This document shows positions 44,299-53,728 of a DNA stretch of 59,445 nucleotides, one piece after another. Numbering within the stretch: position 1 is the stretch's first letter; the number at the start of each line of letters is the position of its first letter. The translations under genes were made by a program, and so were the position numbers. The notes under the pieces are model-generated. The model searched no databases. It had not been told where the DNA came from and worked only from the letters and a program-made list of their open reading frames with translations. Source of the stretch: a virus; IMG/VR virus record IMGVR_UViG_3300023435_000002, positions 1 to 59,445 of that record. One strand, given 5' to 3'.

Positions 44299-44829
44299 TT
44301 ATAATCCAACTGCAATCCAACTGAATTCGTCTGAAGCGTTTGCACCTTCTGTGTAAAAACTTCCTGCGTTAACGCTTCCTGCTGGAACCATTATTCCGTC
44401 TGTTGCTGTCAAATTAGTAACTGTGACTATTGGGGTACTTGTTGTACCAGATGTAAAAGCCGTTGAGAAAACTTTCCATAAGTTAGAACCTGCTGTTAGC
44501 GTTGAAGAACCTGCTTGTATACTCGCTCCATATACTGATGTCTTTGAACCTACACCAACTGAATGTAATGCACCTTCTGAATTTAAGTGAAAAGCATTTC
44601 CACTTGCTGCAACATCTACATAAAGATTTTGAGCAACCATTACTTGTCCATATATTGCATTACCTACACCACTTACATATGTACTATATACACTTTCTGC
44701 GTTTACAGTTTTCTCTGCATATATATCTGTACCACTAATGCTTATTCCAATTATGTTTTCAGTTGAAGATGCTGGTTGATTAACTTCTTCAAAACCTAGT
44801 CCATCTGTTGTACTATTATTTGCTGTCAT
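44299..44829 (-). CDS. Hypothetical structural protein (Gly/Ser/Thr/Ala-rich)
   Basis: ORF track. GGAGGT precedes the ATG. Confidence 0.6.
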   Translation of the reverse strand: MTANNSTTDGLGFEEVNQPASSTENIIGISISGTDIYAEKTVNAESVYSTYVSGVGNAIYGQVMVAQNLYVDVAASGNAFHLNSEGALHSVGVGSKTSVYGASIQAGSSTLTAGSNLWKVFSTAFTSGTTSTPIVTVTNLTATDGIMVPAGSVNAGSFYTEGANASDEFSWIAVGL

Positions 44830-44850
44830 TATTTTTTAACCTCCTAAAAT

Positions 44851-45060
44851 TTAAATTAAATCTGCTGTCCATTCTGAACCTGCTCCACCATTTGGACTAT
44901 TGTTTCGATACAATGTTCCATTAGTTGCATCCCACAATAATGTGCCGGATGTTGCAAGAACAATTTCGTCTGGTGCACCCACTCCTTGCATTACCTCTGG
45001 TAAACCAAAACCTGCTGCCAAACTTTGTTGTGCTGGACCTGTTATACTTCCTGTTGTCAT
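44851..45060 (-). CDS. Small hypothetical structural protein
   Basis: ORF track. AGGAGG precedes the ATG. Confidence 0.5.
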   Translation of the reverse strand: MTTGSITGPAQQSLAAGFGLPEVMQGVGAPDEIVLATSGTLLWDATNGTLYRNNSPNGGAGSEWTADLI

Positions 45061-45082
45061 TTATATTTTCCTCCTAATTATT

Positions 45083-45385
45083 TTAATTTATCCTACCGCA
45101 GTGTGGACATATTCCATACGTATTTTCTTTGGGTAGTGTTAAATTACAACTATTACATCTTACATTAAATAAGTCTTTTTCAACAACTTCTTCAGCCATT
45201 GTATTTAACTTTTTATCATCGTAATACTCAATGAGTTTTGCAACTATATCATTTTGCAAGCCTACCTTATTAATCTTTAAGGCATCCACTAACTCTTGTT
45301 CTGTATCGAACATTCTAAAAATATCTTTAGATGTTTCTTTACCTATTCCGTTTATCTGTTGTAGTTTTTTATAATTCCATTCCAT
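45083..45385 (-). CDS. Helix-hairpin-helix plus zinc-ribbon protein
   Basis: INGIGKETSKDIF (HhH) and CNSC...CPHCG. Confidence 0.55.
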   Translation of the reverse strand: MEWNYKKLQQINGIGKETSKDIFRMFDTEQELVDALKINKVGLQNDIVAKLIEYYDDKKLNTMAEEVVEKDLFNVRCNSCNLTLPKENTYGICPHCGRIN

Positions 45386-45413
45386 GGATTGTTTCTCCTG
45401 TGTTTGATTGATT

Positions 45414-45444
45414 AAAAAAAATAAAAAAAAATAAAAAAAATAAA
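45414..45444 (-). terminator. Oligo-T terminator after the major capsid gene
   Basis: In minus-strand sense: T8-A-T9-A-T8, about 17 nt after the stop of 45461..46324. Confidence 0.55.
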
Positions 45445-45460
45445 TTTATTCTTAATCTGC

Positions 45461-46324
45461 TTAAGCTGTAGTGATTTTTGCAACTGCTGATGAACGTAGT
45501 ATCTGAGCAACAATTCTCTGTGTTACTGATGCTGCGGACATATCGCAATTTGGTAAATCGAATCTATCTATCATTACTGGTCTCTTCTCTGCAATAGCGT
45601 AAGCTTGCGCCTTGTCGTATATATAAGCATATTTGCTATATGTAGAACTTGGAGCTGCATTTGTTGAAAACCGAATAACATTTAGTCCGTATACTCTTCC
45701 AATGAATCCTGTAGCTAACATTTCCCTTGAGCCTAGCTTATCTGCTTCAACGAATGTATCAATATTTCTCATATCGTTTATTACTTCGTTTCCTGCTGCA
45801 AGAGTTGTTGCGTTAAAGTCGCTATCGTCTAGATACTGAATTGCTCGTGTAATGTTTGCTATTGTTATAGCAGCACCACCGGCAACTGTATTAGCTGCAC
45901 TATCTAATGCAGTAATAACTAAGTTTGTTTCATTCTCAGCAAATCTTTTACCTGCAATCTTAATGTTGTGTTCTAGTAAATTCCACTTCGCATCTTCCAT
46001 TAATTCTTTAGTAATTCTAATTGCAACACCGTACTTTACGGGTTTCAAATTAGTTGATGTATAATCAGCATTGTCTAAAGGTATCTCTGCACCTTCTGCA
46101 ACTACTCGAACATCCATTGTATTAGCTGTTGCTAAATCAATGTCTATTGAACTTCCTGGAATTTGAGCTGGACCGAATACTATTGCGGCTTCACTTCTTG
46201 GTAATAGTGCTTTCTCAGTTTCTTCTATTAAAGTATCATAAATTTTCTTTACGATTAATAGAGAGCCCTCTGTAGCAATACCAGTGTTTAATAGTTCTTG
46301 TATTGTTTCCATTTTAAAAAGCAT
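45461..46324 (-). CDS. Major capsid protein, HK97-fold-like
   Basis: Assigned from gene order (protease-scaffold, small protein, then this gene), from ...VKYGVAIRITKELMEDAKWNLLEHNIKIAGKRFAENETNLV..., and from the strong terminator downstream. An alternative start is METIQ at 46312. Confidence 0.75.
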   Translation of the reverse strand: MLFKMETIQELLNTGIATEGSLLIVKKIYDTLIEETEKALLPRSEAAIVFGPAQIPGSSIDIDLATANTMDVRVVAEGAEIPLDNADYTSTNLKPVKYGVAIRITKELMEDAKWNLLEHNIKIAGKRFAENETNLVITALDSAANTVAGGAAITIANITRAIQYLDDSDFNATTLAAGNEVINDMRNIDTFVEADKLGSREMLATGFIGRVYGLNVIRFSTNAAPSSTYSKYAYIYDKAQAYAIAEKRPVMIDRFDLPNCDMSAASVTQRIVAQILRSSAVAKITTA

Positions 46325-46781
46325 TAAAACCGACTAAAGCATATTCACCTGCGATTGCACCTGTTAGAGCACGACCAATTTTCTTTCCTGCTGTACCTGC
46401 ACTATCTTTATCAGATGTTACAATGAACGAACCTAAATTCGCCACTAAACTTGAACCACCTGTTAGTACTGGTTGACTTGAATAAACTGAACCAGCGCAT
46501 CCTACTATGAATACACCATCAACAGCTACTGAACATGCTGCACCTGAAGCAGTATCTTGTAGAGCCATTCCTAAGAATTGAGCACCACTTGCACCACCTG
46601 CAATTGTTACATCACTTGAAACAAACGTATTTAGACCTGAACTTACTACATCTGGGACACCACTAGCATAAACCAAAGCACCGCCTGAGATGATTTCTCT
46701 TGCGTATGCTGTTATTACTTTTGGAGCACCGAAATCTAGGACTTGTATAGCACCTAATGGGTTACTTAATTGTGTAGCCAT
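46314..46781 (-). CDS. Possible head decoration / capsid accessory protein
   Basis: Gly/Ala/Ser-rich, 155 aa, directly upstream of the capsid gene. Confidence 0.4.
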   Translation of the reverse strand: MATQLSNPLGAIQVLDFGAPKVITAYAREIISGGALVYASGVPDVVSSGLNTFVSSDVTIAGGASGAQFLGMALQDTASGAACSVAVDGVFIVGCAGSVYSSQPVLTGGSSLVANLGSFIVTSDKDSAGTAGKKIGRALTGAIAGEYALVGFNAF

Positions 46782-46782
46782 T

Positions 46783-47835
46783 TTATTTCTTGTAGAATGA
46801 CATTCCTACCTTATCTGCTGATTCTATTGTGTACTTAGAGTCAAGTGACTCTTCTGCATCCTCAACAGCAACTTCAGACTTCGTGTCGGGTTCGTTATCT
46901 TCTGATTCCTCTGCTTCTTTTGATTCCTCTTCAGCTTCTGGTTCTTCTGCTTCTGCCTCTTTCGAAACTTCTTCAGCTTCCTCAGCAACTTCTTCCTCTT
47001 TAACCTCTTCAGCTGGTTGTTCATCAACTTCTTCTAGTGATTCAGTAATAACCTTTAGTGCGTCAAATGCTAATCCTTTCTTTTCAGTAATTTTTAGCTT
47101 CTCACATAACTTTGAGTATTTGCTGGCTAGTTCGTTGAATCGTTCCTCTTTCAAAGTCTTAAATTCTGTTTTAAGTGCATCGAATTCTTCTTGAGTTACA
47201 TTAGATTCAGCAACGTTTTCTTTTCCTTCTGTCATATTTTTTAACCTCCTATAATTTAATTCCTTATCTGAATAGTCAGATGATTGTGATTTGGATTCTT
47301 CTTTTTTAGAATCCTCTTGTGTAATGTCTAAAATATCTTCTTCTATTTCTGCATCTACTGATTTAAATGCTTCAATTATAGTATTTTTTTGTATTTGTTT
47401 TCCTGTTGATTCATCAATCTTAAATGATTGAGCAATAGAAGTACCTTTTACTCCAGGAGTTGGGGTTAAACTTAATTCCATTGCATGAATATCTTTTGCT
47501 ATCATAACATCACTATCTTCGCTTTCTTTTACTAATCTACCAACAATTGCTCCAATAGATACTTCCTTAATTCTTCCATCTTCTATTTTCTCTACGACTT
47601 TAGTAACATCCTCTTTTACCCAGCCAGAATAACTTACAGAAGACCCGTTATCTAACGTTTCAGAAGTAGTAACTAAACCAACAGTTGAATCAACTTCACT
47701 TTTATGGTCTTTAAGAATTGGTTTGTCAGTAAGTGTATTTGCAAATTTTGAAAGCTCTTCCTTAGAATATAAAACTCCATTTAAACTTACACCTTCTCTT
47801 ATTGCAATACCATTTACATTAATTTTTTTACTCAT
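46783..47835 (-). CDS. Prohead protease fused to an acidic scaffold-like C-terminus
   Basis: Start moved to the first ATG (MSKKINVNG); the track start is TTG. GIAIREGVSLNGVLYSKEEL...PILKDHKS resembles HK97-type prohead proteases. The C-terminal half is an E/K-rich coiled coil. Confidence 0.6.
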   Translation of the reverse strand: MSKKINVNGIAIREGVSLNGVLYSKEELSKFANTLTDKPILKDHKSEVDSTVGLVTTSETLDNGSSVSYSGWVKEDVTKVVEKIEDGRIKEVSIGAIVGRLVKESEDSDVMIAKDIHAMELSLTPTPGVKGTSIAQSFKIDESTGKQIQKNTIIEAFKSVDAEIEEDILDITQEDSKKEESKSQSSDYSDKELNYRRLKNMTEGKENVAESNVTQEEFDALKTEFKTLKEERFNELASKYSKLCEKLKITEKKGLAFDALKVITESLEEVDEQPAEEVKEEEVAEEAEEVSKEAEAEEPEAEEESKEAEESEDNEPDTKSEVAVEDAEESLDSKYTIESADKVGMSFYKK

Positions 47836-47956
47836 TGTCTTTAAACTCAATAGAACTCAATGGTTGTATTTCTGCATTAAAAATAACTTTAACATTTTCG
47901 GCTATAATTATATTGCCGTCTTCATCAAGTTTATTTTTTTGTATTTTTGTTTCCAT
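47828..47956 (-). CDS. Small ORF, 42 aa (METKIQKNKLDEDGNIIIAENV...)
   Basis: Its ATG lies about 21 nt downstream of the TATA-like box of element R3. Its stop overlaps the next ATG. Confidence 0.4.
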   Translation of the reverse strand: METKIQKNKLDEDGNIIIAENVKVIFNAEIQPLSSIEFKDNE

Positions 47957-47973
47957 TATATAGATTTTAATTA

Positions 47974-48010
47974 GAGTTTATTTATAAACATAATAATAAA
48001 TATTATATTA
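47974..48010 (-). promoter_or_regulatory. Late-module conserved intergenic element R3
   Basis: gagtttatttataaacataataataaatattatatta shares the ataataaatattatatta core and a TTTATAAATAA box. Confidence 0.5.
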
Positions 48011-48316
48011 TTTAATCTCAAAGTATTCCTCACGTTGTCGCAGTCTATTAGTTGATTTATTGTCTCCCATTATATTTTTTTCTCCTAAATGTAATCTTGC
48101 TTGTATTGATTCTAAGCTATCCTGTAATATATTTGCCTGTCCTGCTTGCAATGGAGTTTTTACTGTTCCACTTCCTGTATAATCCTCCCAATTACCAGTA
48201 ACAACCACACTTTCATTGTCTAACGATTCTTCTCCTGTTTTACAAGTACAAACAAAGTCGGTAGTTTGATTACTAACAATATGTTCTTGACCACAATGAG
48301 GACACCTGATTATCAT
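48008..48316 (-). CDS. Zinc-ribbon protein, hypothetical
   Basis: CPHCGQ...CTCK. Confidence 0.55.
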   Translation of the reverse strand: MIIRCPHCGQEHIVSNQTTDFVCTCKTGEESLDNESVVVTGNWEDYTGSGTVKTPLQAGQANILQDSLESIQARLHLGEKNIMGDNKSTNRLRQREEYFEIK

Positions 48317-48768
48317 TTCTTATATCTCACTATAAACTTAACAGAACTTTCTTTTGCTCCATTAATGTAAAAGTATAATGGTCCATTCATACAATAACGT
48401 GCGACATTATATTCTGAAACACCTTTAGCTGTTTTATATACAGTTTCTATTCTAACTGGTAAGTATTTTGTTTTTATAAATTGTGGAATATCTAAAATTT
48501 CAATACCCTCGTTAACCATTCCAACTTTTATTTGTAGTGGGTCAACAATAGTAGTATCTACTCTTTGTATTATAACACATTCAAGCATTCCACTAATTTT
48601 AGGTGAAATAAATTCTGCTTCTCCAGAGGTAAGTGTGTTTAAACTAATTTCTATTTCTTTATAACTTGAAGTTATACTTGTTTTAGAAGTAACACGCTCT
48701 TCAATAAGTTCAGCTTTATTTGCTATATCTTGAACTTCTATATCATCTATTGTATTAAGCTCTTCCAT
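48313..48768 (-). CDS. Hypothetical protein
   Basis: ORF track. ATGA overlap. Confidence 0.6.
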   Translation of the reverse strand: MEELNTIDDIEVQDIANKAELIEERVTSKTSITSSYKEIEISLNTLTSGEAEFISPKISGMLECVIIQRVDTTIVDPLQIKVGMVNEGIEILDIPQFIKTKYLPVRIETVYKTAKGVSEYNVARYCMNGPLYFYINGAKESSVKFIVRYKK

Positions 48769-48769
48769 A

Positions 48770-48913
48770 TTAATCCTTTAATAATTCTAATGCAGAATTA
48801 TTTATTTTATTTTGAATTTTCATAAAGCATGTACCACACATAAGTTTTCCATATGCTTGAACTAATGCACCTTCTACGCATCCTTCATTCTGACATTCCG
48901 GTCTTTCTCCCAT
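48770..48913 (-). CDS. Small Cys-rich ORF, 47 aa
   Basis: MGERPECQNEGCVEG...CGTC. TAATG junction with the portal stop. Confidence 0.4.
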   Translation of the reverse strand: MGERPECQNEGCVEGALVQAYGKLMCGTCFMKIQNKINNSALELLKD

Positions 48914-50865
48914 TATAATGCCACCACCGGAGATGTAGTACACCTACAATTTACATGAAAAGGAATTATTCCATAAGCCTCATCAATTGGATATATATTT
49001 CCATTCTCTGCTTCACATATTGCACATGTTCTATCTGAAAGAGCGGCAACAACTCGTACATTTTCTACTTGTTTATTTTTATAACTATCCAATGCTCCAA
49101 TATTTGCTAATCTAACAGTTTCTGTTCTAGCAATAGCATTTGTCCTAGCTTTTTTCCCTATTATTATTTTTTCTTTATCAACGGATGTTTTAGTATGAGC
49201 ATATAAATCTCTTATCTTTACATCTTCAGTTAATTTCTTTTCAATTTGCTTAATTGATAAGTTCTTTGAAAAGCCTTCTGACATTACTTCTCTTAATTTC
49301 TCAATATCTCGCTTATTTAAATAACCTGCAGCAATTTCAGTTTGTGTAATAGCTCTTAATTGTTTAAATTCATCTCTAGCAATTACCGAAACAATATTTT
49401 CCTCTAAATCATCAAGATTAAAATCAACCCACTCTTTAATTGTTATATCCGCACCCTCTTTTATATTATTTGTATTACAATGATTACAAGTATTACCTAC
49501 AACTAACTCTTTATATGCACCCTTAACTGATTCCCTAGAATCTTGTCCTGGAACTTTTGGTAAAGGCTCGGCTTCCTCTCTTTCTCTTTCTGCTTTCTGC
49601 ATTTCCTCTTTCATTTTTGCTTCATCTTCTAATTGTTTCTCAATCTCTAGCCCCATAATACCTGACATTTGTTTTTCCAATTCAAGTCTTAATACATTAC
49701 TTAATAATGGATTCTTAATCATCTCTGATAACTTAGTTATGAGTTCTAATTTGTTATCAAAGCTTTGTTCCCCCCATTTAATATTAAATTTAACATCTTT
49801 TTTATTTTTCTTTAAAACTTGTATTAATACTTTTGTTTCTAATAAGGTATCAATATCATCCTGTAAAGATTTAATCATTCTTTCAAATCCATCCATCTGA
49901 ACTTCTGCTAATCCTTCAGGTACAGAGCCTTTTCCTAATAATACTTCTGGAACTTGGAATGCTGTTGATAATAATTGATAGTCATTGTCTAAAACAGTAT
50001 CAAATTTATCTCCGAAATTACCAAAATCAACTCCTTTTATATCTATATTTGGACCAGTTACCCACTCAGTTCTATCATCCATAAATTGTAAAGACTTACT
50101 AAAGGCATCAATATCCGCTTGTTTTGGGTAGTCTTTAGTAGCAATATCACCCATTTTAACATGAACTGGATTAGAACTCTTTCTTTTTACTAATCTATGT
50201 AAAGATTTTTGAGTACTTAAAAAATTCATAATAATTTGTTTAGCTGGAAATATTCTTCCAAGCCCATAAGAGCAATCTGCACCTTTATTCAGTGGATAGT
50301 GCATTATTTCGTCGGGTGTAAATGTTATAATATCATCCTCTCTTATTGAAGATTTATTTCCAAGGTATTGATTATATTCTTTTATTTTACCTTTATCATT
50401 TCGCTTGACATACATAGTATTTGCATTTATATTCTTTAATCGTATTCCAACATTCTCTTTATTAACTCCTGCAACTTCCATAAATCCATTACCTTTTACT
50501 ATTGCTTCTCTAAGCCATGGTTTAAGAGTAGTGGTTAAATCTGTATCCTCAATCCAATCATTTAATATCTTTTTACCAGCCGCATCTTCACACTCTATAA
50601 AGATTCCTGGACCAATAACAAAATCTATAATCTTATCAGTAATTGCAGACACGACACCAAAATTATCATTTATCAATGCCATCTCTGCAAAGTCGAATGG
50701 ATGAACATCACCTAATTTTTTAGTAATATTAGTTTTATATTTTTCGTCTAACTGAGAAGTAGATGAACTTTTAAAAGATATATCATTACCTTCAGTACTT
50801 TGCTCAAAAACAAAAACTGACTCTTTAATCTGTGGGGATTGTTTGAAGGGGTTAGAGAACTTCAT
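48913..50865 (-). CDS. Portal protein fused to a MuF / SPP1 gp7-like minor head domain
   Basis: 650 aa, downstream of the terminase genes. The C-terminus ARTETVRLANIGALDSY...CAICEAENG...PFHVNCRCT carries the MuF-type signature. Confidence 0.7.
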   Translation of the reverse strand: MKFSNPFKQSPQIKESVFVFEQSTEGNDISFKSSSTSQLDEKYKTNITKKLGDVHPFDFAEMALINDNFGVVSAITDKIIDFVIGPGIFIECEDAAGKKILNDWIEDTDLTTTLKPWLREAIVKGNGFMEVAGVNKENVGIRLKNINANTMYVKRNDKGKIKEYNQYLGNKSSIREDDIITFTPDEIMHYPLNKGADCSYGLGRIFPAKQIIMNFLSTQKSLHRLVKRKSSNPVHVKMGDIATKDYPKQADIDAFSKSLQFMDDRTEWVTGPNIDIKGVDFGNFGDKFDTVLDNDYQLLSTAFQVPEVLLGKGSVPEGLAEVQMDGFERMIKSLQDDIDTLLETKVLIQVLKKNKKDVKFNIKWGEQSFDNKLELITKLSEMIKNPLLSNVLRLELEKQMSGIMGLEIEKQLEDEAKMKEEMQKAEREREEAEPLPKVPGQDSRESVKGAYKELVVGNTCNHCNTNNIKEGADITIKEWVDFNLDDLEENIVSVIARDEFKQLRAITQTEIAAGYLNKRDIEKLREVMSEGFSKNLSIKQIEKKLTEDVKIRDLYAHTKTSVDKEKIIIGKKARTNAIARTETVRLANIGALDSYKNKQVENVRVVAALSDRTCAICEAENGNIYPIDEAYGIIPFHVNCRCTTSPVVAL

Positions 50866-50884
50866 TTTATATATTATAAATTAT

Positions 50885-50924
50885 GGTTGTTTATTTAAAA
50901 AGGTAATAATAAATATTATATTAT
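50885..50924 (-). promoter_or_regulatory. Late-module conserved intergenic element R4
   Basis: ggttgtttatttaaaaaggtaataataaatattatattat. The TATA-like box lies about 25 nt upstream of the portal ATG, so the transcript would be nearly leaderless. Confidence 0.55.
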
Positions 50925-51521
50925 CTATCTTCCTATTGTATACCCTCTGGCAGTAGGCATTTCCCTTCTACTAAAGAATAAAGCAGATAATGCAAGGGCA
51001 CAAACCAAGTCATCATGCTCTCTTGAATCATGAAATATCCTTTTCTTTTGAACATTTTCTATTCTTGAACTCCTTTGTCCTGTAAATTCAAATTTGATTG
51101 ATAATAATTGTTTTATAAGCTTCCTATCTAAATCAGAATAAATTAATTTCTTCTCTTGCATAAGAAGTCTTAAATTTTCAAACATTTCTGTTTTACTTTC
51201 TTGTGTAAACTTAATTGGCTCTACTATATTACCTAATTCTTCAACTAACATATCACCAACACCCTCACCCAGTCCGGTAACGTCAGGATATATCTTATCA
51301 AAGTTAAATTTAGAGTGTAGATATAAAGCAAACTGAGTTAGTTCAATAGTATTACACTTATCAATGGTATGAGTATAAACAACTTTTATTTGCCCGTCTC
51401 CTGTCATCTTCTTTTGGAGTATTACAAATCCGGCTTCATCATTTCCACTCGTGGCGGGGTCAATTCCAAGAGTATAAATTGCTTTTGGAATTTTATCTGG
51501 ATGGTAATTAAATTGTATCAT
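50925..51521 (-). CDS. terL: Terminase large subunit, nuclease (RNase H-like) domain, as a separate ORF
   Basis: LGIDPATSGNDEAGFVIL, ...HDDLVCALALS. Confidence 0.7.
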   Translation of the reverse strand: MIQFNYHPDKIPKAIYTLGIDPATSGNDEAGFVILQKKMTGDGQIKVVYTHTIDKCNTIELTQFALYLHSKFNFDKIYPDVTGLGEGVGDMLVEELGNIVEPIKFTQESKTEMFENLRLLMQEKKLIYSDLDRKLIKQLLSIKFEFTGQRSSRIENVQKKRIFHDSREHDDLVCALALSALFFSRREMPTARGYTIGR

Positions 51522-52288
51522 ATTATAAGGTACTGATAGCCCTCCTGTGATTGCTTAACTAAACTATATTCAAAGAAAGCATTCTCATCCTCAACAAACT
51601 CGGCTTCATACTCCTGTCTAAATTCTATATCTAACAAATCACGTTTCTGTTCTTTAATAAACTCTTTACTATATTGTCCAACCTCAACAACCTCTCTCCA
51701 ATCCACCTTAACTAATACATACTCGGATTCTTTATCATAACAACTCCTATAAAAATGATTCTTCCCTAATGGTGTACCTATTTTAATTACTTGACCATTT
51801 GGCTTTGATGCAATCATTGGAATAACTACTTGACTAACAACCTTATCCCCAATAACACCAGCTTCCTCTAATACTACAATGTCGGCTGTATATCCTCTCA
51901 TACTTCTACCCTCATTACCTTCCGGTAAACTTAATATTCTACTACCAGTTGCAAGTTTAAGTTCTCTAGCAGTATCCTTTATTATAAGGTCATGTAATAA
52001 TGGATTACCAACAACAAACTCTCTTATCTTCTCATATAATTCATCAGACTGATTCTGTGTTGGTGATGCAATAACAATAGTTATACATTCTGTAATTGCT
52101 CTAAAAGTTAAATATGCAGATAGGTTAAATGACTTACCGCTCTGTCTACACCATAATCCTGTAACTCGTTTATTAGTCATACAAGCATTAAGAAATTTCT
52201 CTTGATAAGGATAAGGAGTAAAATTAAACCAACATTGACAAAAGTCTACAATCTCACTCTTCCTTTTTAAGTTCGATTTGTTTGTCAT
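51518..52288 (-). CDS. terL: Terminase large subunit, ATPase domain, as a separate ORF
   Basis: YPYQEKF, WCRQSGKS (Walker A), ADIVVLEEAG (Walker B). It ends at the usual inter-domain position with an ATGA overlap. Confidence 0.75.
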   Translation of the reverse strand: MTNKSNLKRKSEIVDFCQCWFNFTPYPYQEKFLNACMTNKRVTGLWCRQSGKSFNLSAYLTFRAITECITIVIASPTQNQSDELYEKIREFVVGNPLLHDLIIKDTARELKLATGSRILSLPEGNEGRSMRGYTADIVVLEEAGVIGDKVVSQVVIPMIASKPNGQVIKIGTPLGKNHFYRSCYDKESEYVLVKVDWREVVEVGQYSKEFIKEQKRDLLDIEFRQEYEAEFVEDENAFFEYSLVKQSQEGYQYLII

Positions 52289-52820
52289 TATTATCAGCGC
52301 CTACTAACATATACATTTTCTCTCTTTCTTGACGCCAAGTATTTATTTTATCTTTAAACACTTCAACATTAACATTAAGATTTCTTTGAGTAGCTGGATA
52401 GAATGATTTCTTTAAGTCAGCTAACTTTCCTATAAATCTTTCAGCAACTTTAATCTTCTTATCATCATCCAAATCTGGATTATCTAAATATCCCATTATC
52501 ATATTCATTAATTTGTTTGTATTAATTGATATATCCTCTTCAGTAAGTGTATGTATATCAGTGTCTGTTATTTCTGTATTAATAACATTCATAATTTGTT
52601 TAGGGGTCATATCTTGTGCAAGAGCTTCTTGTATTTTAGGATTATTCCTTATTATTCTACGAAGTCTTTCTGATGAGATTGATTCGTTTAATTTATCATC
52701 TACCGTCTTTCCAATATTATCTTTTACTTTATCTATAATCTCGTCAGTTACATTAAGTTCTAGTAATTCGTCCATTTCAGATGGTCTTAATCCTTTACTC
52801 TCTTCCTTTTTATTTACCAT
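52254..52820 (-). CDS. Possible terminase small subunit
   Basis: Assigned only because it lies upstream of terL. Acidic, 188 aa. Confidence 0.35.
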   Translation of the reverse strand: MVNKKEESKGLRPSEMDELLELNVTDEIIDKVKDNIGKTVDDKLNESISSERLRRIIRNNPKIQEALAQDMTPKQIMNVINTEITDTDIHTLTEEDISINTNKLMNMIMGYLDNPDLDDDKKIKVAERFIGKLADLKKSFYPATQRNLNVNVEVFKDKINTWRQEREKMYMLVGADNNDKQIELKKEE

Positions 52821-53109
52821 GATGTTTTTCCTCTTCGGCCATTAATTCTAAATTAGCTTTTCTTTTTCTTGTAAACTCTTTTGATTCTTCTCTTAATTTC
52901 TCGGCTTGTGCTTGTTGTTTATCTACATATGCAGAAATTAATCTAGTAATAAAATCATCTGGAATTATTCTTCCTTCAACTACACAAAATCTATTCTTAT
53001 ATATGGCTATTTCATTTGAGAAACCACTAAATCTATCTTCGTTAGCTAATACTATTGGTAATGCATATGATAATTTTACTCTGTAGTCGTCTCTTTCTCT
53101 TTCATTCAT
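52810..53109 (-). CDS. Hypothetical protein
   Basis: ORF track. Confidence 0.55.
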   Translation of the reverse strand: MNERERDDYRVKLSYALPIVLANEDRFSGFSNEIAIYKNRFCVVEGRIIPDDFITRLISAYVDKQQAQAEKLREESKEFTRKRKANLELMAEEEKHHGK

Positions 53110-53112
53110 TTA

Positions 53113-53183
53113 TGGACCAAACGAGAATCGAACTCGTGGCTCTTCCGTGCAAGGGAAGTATATTCCCACTATACTATTGGCCC
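53113..53183 (-). tRNA. tRNA-Ala(UGC)
   Basis: GGGCCAA-TA-GTAT-AGTGGGA-ATAT-A-CTTCC-CTTGCAC-GGAAG-AGCC-ACGAG-TTCGATT-CTCGT-TTGGTCC-A. Carries the G3:U70 identity pair. Confidence 0.85.
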
Positions 53184-53226
53184 TCACCATTCCTTTAAGC
53201 CGAATGGTTCTGCGTAAAATAAAAAG

Positions 53227-53688
53227 TTATTCTTTCTTAACGGGTTTAGCTTCTTCTTTTTTATTCATCTCTTCGATTGGAACGAATATACTAAATCCAT
53301 GACCTCTCTTCTTACATTTATAATTTCTATAAACACCAACCTTTACACTTTGTCGCATATTGTCGATTAGTTTATCTTCTACAACTGGTGTTTCATCTAT
53401 AAAGTCAAATATATCATCTTCTCCATATTTATCTAAGTTTATTTTATTAAATATACTTACCTTTGAATCTGGATTAAATCTCATCTCGTCCGATACTCTA
53501 TCTAACTCTAATTCAAAATCATTTCTTGCACAAGCTGCATCATACGGCTTGAATAGTTTTTGAAATTGTTGTTGTTTCTTTGAAACTTCTTTTAAGAACA
53601 TATTCAGAGTTCCAGGTGTACCTATCTCTACAAAATCCTTCTTCTCATCAGCTGTTGCTTTTCTTATTATTCCTATTTGGTCTGCCAT
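53227..53688 (-). CDS. Hypothetical protein
   Basis: ORF track. GGAGGT precedes the ATG. Confidence 0.6.
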   Translation of the reverse strand: MADQIGIIRKATADEKKDFVEIGTPGTLNMFLKEVSKKQQQFQKLFKPYDAACARNDFELELDRVSDEMRFNPDSKVSIFNKINLDKYGEDDIFDFIDETPVVEDKLIDNMRQSVKVGVYRNYKCKKRGHGFSIFVPIEEMNKKEEAKPVKKE

Positions 53689-53728
53689 TTTTGTTTTACC
53701 TCCTATAATTTAATTCCTCTTTATATTT

